Position numbers and translations under genes: made by a program. Under the pieces are notes generated by a model, which was not told the origin of the DNA, made no database searches, and saw only the letters and a program-made list of their open reading frames with translations. Source: Zygnema circumcarinatum SAG 698-1b (lineage: Eukaryota > Plantae > Zygnematophyceae). From it: 64,000 nt of DNA. Below are positions 19,504-29,891 of the stretch, piece by piece. Numbering within the stretch: position 1 is the stretch's first letter; every line of letters begins with the position of its first letter. The stretch covers positions 1,736,001 through 1,800,000 of the forward strand of contig CM074821.1 of NCBI GenBank assembly GCA_037447605.1, in the 5' to 3' direction.

Positions 19504-20719
19504 GTTGGAGTGAGGAAGAGAGAGAGGGAGGGTGAGAGAGAGACTTTGCTCCTGCCGGCCGGGGAGGGAGGGAGGGAATGATCGCTTGAAGCTCCAAGCA
19601 GCGGCAAAATATGGGAAGGTGCAGTTGTGCACTGCCGTGCCATAAATGGTTTTTTGGGGCGACCATGAGAGATGTGGTTCCTGTGTACGTCGTCGAGTCT
19701 TGCAGGTCACAGTCTCTTCTTTTTGTGAGGTGCCTCCATGCAGCATGTGTCATGCATGCTGTTCCATGTGTGCATGTGTTTCCATGTTCCACGTTGCATT
19801 GTTGGCAGCAGCGTGGGATTGCTCCAATAGGGAGTCGGAATCGATCTGAGAGGGAGAGAGAGAGACGCGGGAGAGAAAAGGAGACGCTGAGAGAGAGAGA
19901 GAAGGATAGAGACGCTGAGAGAGAGAGAGAGGGATAGAGAGACGCCGAGAGAGATACAGGAGAGCCGGGGAGAGGGGGAAAGATACGTGACGTGGAAAGA
20001 GAGCATAGAGGAGGTTGCGGGAGATACGTACCGAGAGTTGACTCGAGGGAAAGAGAGGGAGGGAGATGTAGTGAGGGGATGTGGGAGAGGGAGTGTAGGA
20101 CTCGGGATAAACGTTTCCGTCTTTCAAAATTCAAGACGGCAACATGGGTTCTGAAAGGCAGAAACGTTTGTCTATTGGAGGGGTGTGGCGGTGCCTATCT
20201 GCGGCACAACAGAGGGCCACATCGTGCCTTTATTCGGACCAATGTGCACACAATGAGCTGACAACAAACGATACCTCAATATGACTTAAAATAATGTCAG
20301 TTTGCAAAAAAAGTTCTAAAAGAACATCGAAGTGTGCGAACAAAAAATGAGAGAAAAACTTTTTTACTTCTGTGGATGTCACCATGATTTCATCGCTATT
20401 GTCCGTTCTGATGTTGTTTTTTACTTTTTCTAAATGCGAAAAGAATTTGATGAGATTATCAAAGAAAGTAAAATACGCGGAAGCGATTTCAAAGTACAAA
20501 CGTAGTTCTGCAATCCCTAAGCATTTCATTACACGAAAGAGAGTCGTCTTCATTCCAAAACTAATGAAGGAAAAGTGGCTCCACACGTCTGCTGTACTTG
20601 AAGCCCTCTTTCTTTTTGTATTTGTTGGGCGTGAAGATAAGGAGAGGGGGAGGGAAAAGGGGGAAAAGAGGGAGGTGGGAAACAGCACAGGAATGATTGA
20701 AGGTCACATCACGCCTCCA

Positions 20720-22824
20720 TCAAAAATACAAGAGGCTGTAAACCAATATCCACGTCAACTGCACATAAAATCAAAACAAAGCCATGTTAAGTAAAGAGTG
20801 GGAGTAGTTAGTGGGTGTGGAGAGAGGAAGTTAGGAAAGTTAGGGAGAGAGGGAACGGGAGGGAGGGAGTGGGAGGAGATGAGATGGAGAGCGAGACAGG
20901 GACGGAGGGAGCGGGAAGAGGGATAAAAAGGGAGGGGGAGAGGGAGTGGGAGAGGAAGAAGGGTGGGAGGGAGGGAGTGAGAGGAGTGATGGAAGGGGAG
21001 GCGGAGTGAGGGAGGGAAGGAAGGGAGTGGTAGGGAGATTGGAATGGGAGGGAGAGTGGAGAGGAAGGAGGGAGTGGGAGGAAGGATCGAAGGGGAGGGG
21101 AGGAGGGAGAGCGAGAGAGGGAGAGAGGGGGGCGGCTGAGGGGAGGGGAGAGGTGGGGGGAGAGACAGAGAGAGGGAGCACACACCAAAAACAGTCCAAC
21201 TGATGGCATCATGCCCTCCTGTATCAACGCCGCGTGGCCTCCAAACTCCTCCTCATCCACCTTGAGGATGACGGAGTAGTACACAAACGCTATCGCTACA
21301 CTCAGCACCGTGAATCTGCACCCACTCGACCCGGCAGGGAGCATTGGGATGCGTGTGCCGCGGAGAGATGGGAGTGCAAGCGAGAGCGAGAGAGATAGAG
21401 GGGTGGAGGGGCAAAATGGAAAGCGGAATAGCGTGAAATGGGGGAGAGGAGGCGAGTGGGGTTGAAAGGATAGAAACGGATGAGAAAGGGGACGAGGGAG
21501 AGAGAGAGAGTGGGGAGGCGAGAAACAGGTGAGTTGGGAGGAGGTTGAGAGGACAAGGAGGAGGGTGGGGAGATGGGAAGAAAATTCATGCCTTAAAGAA
21601 ACTGTCACTGCAAACAAAATGTTCTACTTGTCCCTCCCGCCCCCCTCTCCCTCCCTCCTTCCCTTTTTCATTTTCGGAAAGAGCAATTTCAACTTCAGCA
21701 GAAATTCGCGACCGGAAAATGTCCAGAAAAAGAGAAGTCTTTGTTTGGAAAGTAAACGCACACCAAAAACCAGAGCCCTCCAACGAGCGGAACGAGCCCC
21801 CAAATGACGCCACATGTGACTCCCACCGTTTGACGGATCCAGTGCAACACATCCAACAGCTCATCCTGCATGTAAATTCACCATGCCACTGAAGATTAGA
21901 AAACAATTCAATACCAATTTAAAAACCCTAAAAATCCTAAAAACAAAAAAAAAGTGACGCAAAGAAACTAAAAGCTAAACGCAACACACTTAGACGCCAC
22001 TCTGTAGGATAAGATTAGTGTAATTTAAGCATAGCCCTAGAGAATTTCCGGCGCAAAAAAATATGGTAAAGAGAAAGCAATGGAGGATGTAAGCTTATTG
22101 ATGTAATGTAGATACGATGCAATGAGAAATACTGAAACTGAAAGTGAGACCAAAACTGAGAATGCTGTGTTTAATATCTCAGAAAGCTGAAGCGCAAGCT
22201 AGAATGCAGCTACCTGACTTTGCGGGCAAGAATTTCCGAAAGGCTCACTCCAGGGATTAAAAAAGAACGACAGAAGATTTTGCCTGTCACGAACCCTAAT
22301 CTGAGAACCTGAGACGTTCTAAAACTCTGAGAACCTAAGCACTTTAAGAAACCAAACCTTAATAACATACAGAAGTTTGAAAACCCAGTCAATCTAAGAA
22401 AGCTAAAAGCATGACCTTGAAAATCTCAAAAAACCAAAAATATTCTGTAATCTTAAAATCTAGTAACCAGAAACCAGAAACGAAAAATCTCTGAAGCTGA
22501 TAGGACCAGGAAAAGCTCCAAACAAGAAATATGAACTTCATGTAGGGACTTCACAATGCCAGATAATTTTTCCCTTTTGGTTTTTTAAATCTTCAAAGAA
22601 AGTCTCAAGGTCTTCCGAGTTTTTAGATCCATTATTCGATTGTTGAACCTTCAAATTGGCCATTTTTGTTAGCATTATTCGGTATTACAAATAATTCATG
22701 TAGGGTTCAGAGAAATTTCGGGGTTTTAAAGAGTTACAAAATTCTGGGTTTCTGAGATGTTCAGAGTTTTAAGGAGATTTAGGGTTAGAGAGGGGAGTCA
22801 CAGCATCGACGAGAGTAGGGGGGA

Positions 22825-22873
<49 letters not shown>

Positions 22874-23044
22874 CGGGAGGGAAGATAGAAAATGGTAAAT
22901 TGTGAGGTTGAGAAGAAGAAATAGGGAAAATAGACAAGGCGAAAGAGGGAGAGGGAGAGAAGGACGGAGGAAGGGCGAGGAGTCAGAGGGAGAGAGCGGC
23001 AAGGAGGGAGTGAGGCGATAGAAAGGGAAGGAAGCGAGAGAGAT

Positions 23045-23084
<40 letters not shown>

Positions 23085-23390
23085 GACAGCAGGCGAGGAG
23101 ATAGAGGCGACAGGACGAGGGAAAGCGAAAGGGAATGAGAGTGGGAGAGAGGGCGAGGGGGAGGGGAGAGAGCACGAGACAGATCGAGGGGGAAAATGAG
23201 AGAGAGAGTGAGAGAGAGAGAAAGGGCGCACTCTCTCCCACTCGCGTTCTGCGTCGAGCAGCGACTTGGCGTACTGCCAAGTTCCCTCCCTCCCCTTCTC
23301 TCCTCCTCCCCCTGTGACAGCTGTCACGCCCGCCCCCACCCCGCTGCTTGACGTCTCCCCCCCCTTCTTCCGCGCCTTCACAGATGTCAT
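20720..23390 (-). CDS. RAB5IF: Rab5-interacting (Rab5ip / RAB5IF-OPTI) family small membrane protein, 143 aa, 4 exons
   Basis: Exons 23390-23232, 21865-21762, 21315-21186, 20758-20720. Motifs: DELLDVLHWIRQ, GVIWGLVPLVG, YYSVILKVDEEEFGGH, LIQEG, WILVYSL. Confidence 0.88.
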
Positions 23391-23871
23391 GCCGACAGCC
23401 TGCCACGTGGCACCCTCACCGCTCGATCCGCCACGTGTCTCTCTCGCCACGTGGCAGCCAAGCAAATACTTCCGTCACGAGAGAAAGAGAGAGAGGAGAG
23501 GAGAGAGCGAGAGGAAGGGGAGAGAGAGAGAGAGAAAGAGGGAGAAAAGAGAGGGAGGGGGGGAAACAAAACCCTAAACCTACAAATGTACCGTAAAACC
23601 GAAGAGGTTGAAAAATTGAGCAACAAGTTTACTGAATTTCTCAATTCTCAATCATACTGAATTTGGGTACTTACTTCTGGTTCATTTTTTGACGTTACTG
23701 GTTACGGACGGTAACCGCGGTGGGCCAATCAAACAGACCACGTGACGACCGCTGATTGAAAACGACAGTCCTCATGGAAACGCATTCCCGACGACGCAAC
23801 GTGAAAACTAGACACACCCTATTCATGTAAATAAGTTCGTACAATCGTACAGACGTACGAACGTCCGTCCA

Positions 23872-24851
23872 AAGGTAGTGCTAAATTCACACCTTTTTTG
23901 TCTAGACACAGTCCATTTTTCGCCGGGCAGATTTTTAGAAATTGACAAAAAAGGATTAAAAACGGCAAATGCTTTTTTCACACCTTTTTGGAATCGATAC
24001 ACACAAACCGAACAAACCCCTGATTTTTTTTCTTAGTGAGAAAAAAATATCGGCCTGCCCGAATCCGCTCGGAGTGGAAGATCCGTCCGCCACGAGATCG
24101 TTCGCGGGTGTGCGTCCTTTACACGTGCGATTAAATTCCGCCGTCGATTCTCTCACAGATCGCACCGCGGCAGATCACTTAACGATCTGCTGCAGGGCCC
24201 GGTCTCAGCGAATGACTCGTGCCCACGTATCCCGCCAAAGCCGGCTCGCATGTGCGAGTGCGTACGTCCCTCGGCCCGAGATCTCCGCAAAATTATGAGC
24301 TGGACCGGCCAGCCTGCGGCGGCTCGCCATTGTCAACTGGCAGCCAATCACCATCTACCACGTGTCGTTTTGTACAACATGGCAAATTGTGATTGCTTTA
24401 GGCATTCAATGTACGGTATTTCGCCTTTCCTCGAAGCTGTGACCGTACCACTTCTGTACAAAAACACTCTCAGCCGGCTTTGGCGGGACACGTGGGCACG
24501 GGTCATTCGTTGGGACCGAGCCCGGCTGCCGATCGAACGGTGATCTGTGACGGAGAATCTGCGAGAGAATCGACGGCGAGATTCACCGCACGTGTGAAGG
24601 GGGCAGACCCGCTAGCGATCTCGTGGCAGATGGATCGTTTACTCCTAACGGATTCGGGCAGGCCGATATTTTCTTCTATAGAAAAAAAAATCAGGGGTAA
24701 ATTCTGCCCGACAGAAAACGATGTGTATCGATTCCAAAAAGGTGTGAAAAAAGCATTTTCCGTTTTTAATCCTTCTTTGTCAAATTCAACTCTGCCCGTC
24801 GAAAAAAGGTCGGTGTCTACACAAAGAAAGGTGTGAATTTAGCACTACCCT
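23872..24851. mobile_element. Non-autonomous fold-back / MITE-like element (~980 bp) with ~370-bp imperfect inverted arms
   Basis: Left arm 23874-24246 (ggtagtgctaaattcacacctt...gccaaagccggct) mirrors right arm 24472-24849 (agccggctttggc...aaggtgtgaatttagcactacc). Flanks CCA/CCA (23869-71, 24852-54) are a possible 3-bp TSD. No transposase ORF. Confidence 0.85.
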
Positions 24852-25105
24852 CCAGCAGTAATCATTACCGTACGGTCAGCCCTTACCGTACGGTTGCCGA
24901 CATTTTTAGTGCTCAGTCTCCTGCAGACGGCAGTGCCCTCCCCTCCTCGCTCCTTTCCGGTCAGTGAGAGGAGGGAGGAGGGAGGAGGGAGGAGGGAGGA
25001 GGGAGGAGGGAGAGGGAGGGAGAGGGAGGGAGAGGGAGGGGGAGGGAGAGGGAGGGAGAGGGAGAGAGAGGGAGGGAGAGGGAGGGAGAGGGAGGCTACC
25101 TCGCC

Positions 25106-27669
25106 ATGGCGAGCTGCAGCAGCTGCTCGCAGTCGGGGACATGGGCAACCGCCCTCCTCGTACTCTCCTGCATTCTGATCTATCGAGTGACGGATCTGCT
25201 AACAGTGGAGGAGCCCATGTACCTACTCCAAGGCGAGCCCGGCGGTTCGAAGCTTGAGGAGGTAGAGGGAGTGCAGGGCGGCAATAGCGGCGTCATTTCG
25301 AGGGGAGCGGAAAATCCAACGCAGCAGGAGAGTATCAAGAGTCAAGAACATAAATCAGAGTTTGAAAAACGGGTGGGCAGCATGCTTGCTCTGCTGCCAC
25401 ATCTCTTTCCATATTCACCTCCCCCACCCTCTCCTCCCCCGCCCTCCCCCCCTCCTCCCTCTCCTCCCCCGCCCTCCCCTCCCCCTCCCTCTCCTCCCCC
25501 GCCCTCTCCCCCTNNNNNNNNNNCCCGCCCTCTCCTCCCCCTCCCTCTCCCCCCCCGCCCTCCCCTCCCCCTCCCACTCCTCCCTCTCCCCCTCTCTCTC
25601 TTCTTCCCCTTCCAGAACCTCCATGGCGGAGCGGGCGTGGGGAGGAGCATTTCGACAGAACTCAAAAGTACCTTATGTATGAGCGAAATGGCCGCGACTT
25701 TTGGGCCGGCGTGAGCCATCGCACATGGAGCCTCACCTGCATGCTGGGGGAGGCCATGCTGCTGCGGCGTATTTTTGTAATGGACATGGAAATTGGTATT
25801 GTTTTTGTACATAACAATGGTGTGAACGCCATCAACAAATATGGGCAGTACTTTGACCTCGAGAGTCTGCACAGGTTCGTAGGGCCGATACTCAGCTCCA
25901 ATGTGTTGTCACATTGTGTATTGTAAATATCAAAGCGTTTCAGATGGATTACTGTAAGTGCGCTACAGCACTTATAGGAAAAGTAGAATGATGGGAGGAT
26001 GAGTTGGTTAGGGTTTGTTTACATGCAGGCTGTGACCTTCACTTTTTTAAAGGAAGGAGCCCACCATACCCCCCCAAGTTGATTAATTGCTTTAGAGTCT
26101 CCAAAAGGGTATTTGAGCATTTCGCAGAGCCGTGCCCATCATCGAAATGGCGACATTATTGTCAGAGTGGGAAGAGTGGGACGGCAGTCATCCTAACAGA
26201 CCGGTCTCCGTTCTGAAAGTTCCAATCGAAGATGGACCCCTTGTAGAGGACCTTGAACGCAGCAATGCAACCATCATCATTCGGCAATACGTAAACGAGA
26301 CGGGCTATGGGTTTACGACCTGCTCAAGGAATCCGGTAAGGAGGCAAGATTTTTCCATGTTATGGAAATTGGGGTTGCTTTGAAGCTCTTCTGCAGAGTT
26401 ATTTTGGGTCCCAAAGACCCTTGCAGGAGGAATGGGGGGGGGGGGGAGGGAGGAGGAAGGAGGGAGGAAGGATGGGGGTGGGAGAGAGAGAGAGGGGGGG
26501 GTTGGGTGAGGTGAAAGAGAGAGAGAGACGCGAGAGGAAAAAGAAAAGGGAGAGGAGAGAGAGGAGAGTGACGAAGAGGATGACAGAGAGGAGAGAGGAG
26601 AGGAGAAAGGCGAGTGTAAGGAGAAGAGGAGAGTGGAAGACAGGAAAGGAGAGGAGAGGGAGAAGCAAGAGGAGAGGTTTTGTTTCGCTTACATTAATAA
26701 TGTGTTTGTGTGTATCTTTTGCTTTTCTTGATCCTTTTCTCAGCAAATTCAAAGGCTATATAAGGCAATTCCATTTTCATCCTCGCTCAAAATGCTAGCG
26801 AACCAAATTTTCGACAATTTGACTTACCCTTTTGTCGCCGTTCACGTCAGACGAGGGGATAAAGTAAATCCAAAACGATGGCCCCACCTCGACAATGATA
26901 CTCGACCCCCCCAGTGAGCCTCTCCTCTCTTCACCCTCTCTCCACTCACTATGTGGTGCTCGTACCCTCCTTACAGTCTGCTTCTCTATGCTTGTGAAGG
27001 TCTCTCTCGGTCCCTTTTCTTCCTTAAAGAGCAAGGCTCTCTCCACTCCCTTTCTCCCTCCGACCTCTCCTCTCCCTTCCTCTCGTCCCCTCCCTCCATC
27101 TCCCTCCTCCCGTCCCTCTCCACGCTCTCCTCCTCTTCCCCTTCTCGTGACCTCCCTTTCCTCTCGCTTCCTCCTTTCCTCCTCCCCCCCTCCCTCTCCC
27201 CACTCCCTCCCTCCCTTCCTCCCCCCCTCCTCCCTTCCTCTCTCTCTTCTTAATTCTCCCCTCCTTTTCCTCCCACTCCATCCCCTCTCCTTTTCTGCCT
27301 ACCGGCCATCCCCACTCCTTTCCTCTCTTCCCCTCTCCCCCCTCTCTCTTCCTCCCTCCCTTTCCCCTCTTCCTTCCTCTTCAGAAGGGGCTGTTTGTTT
27401 CTCCCATGCGTCTGCTTATGGCGACTGTCCCTTCATGACAATGCAGCTTGTTGGAAGTATTGCAACAAAAAGGGGTCTCCAATAAAACCACAATTTATAT
27501 TTCAACAAACGAGAAGGAAGTTGGGTTTTTTACTCCGCTTTCCGCTTACTATAAAATCAAGCAATTGAGAGACTACGCGTATTTATGGGCCAATGGATCA
27601 GATTGGTGGTGGCAGCAGAAAAATATCACAGGGGATTCGAAAGACCCTCAATTTGATGGAATCATGGAG
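25106..27669 (+). CDS. SUB1-family (O-fucosyltransferase-like) type II membrane protein, paralog A, with Ser-Pro4 stem; last exon not visible
   Basis: Exons 25106-25874 (spans N gap 25514-23), 26128-26335, 26744-26913, 27447-27669. Motifs: KYLMY, CMLGEAMLLRRIFVMD, VAVHVRRGDK, WPHLDNDT, IYISTNE, FDG. Same intron positions and phases as paralog B. Confidence 0.8.
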
Positions 27670-28607
27670 GTAAGGGACCTCTCAACTTCCTTTTAAAACC
27701 TTCAACTTTCAAACCTTAAGAGTGAGTCATGGACCATATTATAATAGTCAGGCAGTACTCAGAGGCTGCTTTTTCCCTCCTACTCAATCGTTGCTCGTGG
27801 CATGTGATCCTATCCAATTGTCTCCAATAGCTGACCCGCCATGGTTGTGCTCGTAGAGCCTCCTCCCTGTTGCTTACTTTTCAAGGTTGCAGCAGTGAGG
27901 GATTTCAGAGACTACTTTTGTAGGCTATTTGGCAAATGTCTATTGTACTGAATGTTTGTTTTGAAAGATACTTTGTCGACACATGCGAGGACTGCTGCGC
28001 TCATGTGGAGCATTGCATGCTTGCAGTGCTGCCAATGAGATAAGTGGGAGGCTCTGAGGTCTAAGCTCTACAGGCTCATGTGCCCTCTCTCTCTCTCCTC
28101 TNNNNNNNNNNCCTCCCTCCTCCCTTCTCCCTCCTCCCTCCTCCCTCCTCCTGAAGAACGTTCTGTCAGGGTGCCTCCAGCTACGTAGGTGTATCTATAC
28201 TTTAGTCTCTAGATTAGATGTAGCTAGTTTTGTAGCTTCTAGGCTTCAAATGGCTAGTCGGCTAACCTAGTGTTGCTATGTTTACCGCCTGCTGCCTCTG
28301 TTTCTGTGTCGCGCATCTTACCACGTTTTTAGGTTTTTATTTTGTTTTATTGTAGTTTAGTTTAGGTACTGTTAAAGTTGCTGAATTCAGGAAAATTTTG
28401 ACTTTATTTTACAGTCTCAGTTTTAAGCTGTACCTTTCCCTTTCCCTTTCCTGCACCTGTACAAAATATTTACAGAGCTGGACCAAGTTTCGAAAAGCAT
28501 TTCACAGTTCGGACCAGTGGATCGGCAACCATTGGACAACCATTGGATGGCAATGGTTGGACGTCTACTGGTTGGCAACCAGTCGACTAGTTGCCAACCA
28601 GTGGCAT

Positions 28608-28760
28608 CCACTGGTTGGCAACCAGTCGAATGGTTGTTTCGGTCCGCAACCACTGGTTGGCAACCAGTCGAATGGTTGTTTCGGTCCGCAACCACTGGTT
28701 GGCAACCAGTCGAATGGTTGTTTCGGTCCGCAACCACTGGTTGCCAACCAGTCGACTGGT
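28608..28760. repeat. 42-bp tandem repeat, 3.5 copies, each containing a 17-bp palindrome
   Basis: Unit ccactggttggcaaccagtcgaatggttgtttcggtccgcaa starts at 28608, 28650, 28692, 28734 (partial); palindrome actggttg-g-caaccagt. Confidence 0.92.
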
Positions 28761-28939
28761 TTGTCTAATGGTCCGATCTGTGCATTTAGATTTAATCGTG
28801 GTAAATCTGTGAGCAATTGATTGATCTATTTTGTCCGATATATTGCCAATATCGAATATCCGGGATCACGATATTTGCGGATATCGATCAAGCTGGAAAA
28901 TATTCTGATTCGGTCACTTTCAGGCGAAAAGTCCACTAA

Positions 28940-29260
28940 ACGACAAGCCTAAATGGCTTCGGACCGTCGGATCAACTACTGGATCGACCGTTGGATCAAC
29001 CGTTGGAATGGCTGCGAACCGTCGATTCGCGCCCCGAGCAAACCATTGGCGTCGAACCAAATCAACCATTGCCAATGGTCGCAACCATTGATTGGAAGGC
29101 AATGGTTGTGACCATTGGCAATGGTTGTTTTGGTCGCGAATTGAATGGTCCAGACCATTGGCAATGGTTGGCAATCATTGAATCCAATGGCTGCGACCAT
29201 TCGCAATGGTTGGCTGGTCTGCGAATCAATGGTTGGCAATCAATGCAATGATTGATCCGA
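28940..29260. repeat. Degenerate ACCATTGGCAATGGT / ACCGTTGGAT repeat patch
   Basis: Many copies of accattg/caatggt in both orientations, plus accgtcggat and accgttggat at 28960-29010. Confidence 0.75.
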
Positions 29261-29891
29261 CCTGTGCAGCAGTACCGTACGATATTAGCGTCTACAGTGC
29301 TGAATATGTTTCCAGTGGAAATCGTCCACGTGTACAACCGTCCACGTGGCACGTTCTAATTGGGGTCATCATCGATCACCTCCCACTATGCACTCTCTCG
29401 CTCTACTCTCCCGCTCTACTCTCCCTACCTCTCTCCCTCTCCTCTCTCTCCCTCTCCCGCTTTCTCTCTCTCCCTCTCTCCCTCGTCTCACGCTTTTCTA
29501 TCTCTCTCTCTCTCTTTCCCTCTTCTCCCTCTTCTCTCATCCCCTTCTCCCCCTTCTCTCTTTCACTATCTCCCGCTTCTCTCTCTCCCTCGTTTCTCTC
29601 CCCCTCTCTCTCCTACTTTACATTCTCCCTCTCCCACCCTTCTCTCACGCTTAAACCCGCATTGATTTCAGTCCATTGGCGTTCGTGACATGCGGGTGAT
29701 ACCTCCTTACGCGAAAGACCTAAACCTTTCAAGGCCCAAATTTCTCATAGAACCTTCTAAAGCTAAAGCACCTCTATAACCTTAAACCTTAAAGCCCTAC
29801 AAAACCCTAAACTTTCGCCCTTGTTTCCGTACGTCCGTACATGCTGTCTGCCTCCCCCCATGGCCGCCCTCCCGCCCTCCTCCCCGCCTGG

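Noticed and set aside
20230-20794. Overlapping 140-152-aa ORFs
   Set aside because: They lie in the RAB5IF 3' region, are AT-rich and carry no recognisable motif.
23872-24851. CACTA transposon assignment
   Set aside because: TAGTG is at the left end and CACTA at the right, the reverse of true CACTA termini, and both are internal to the inverted ends.
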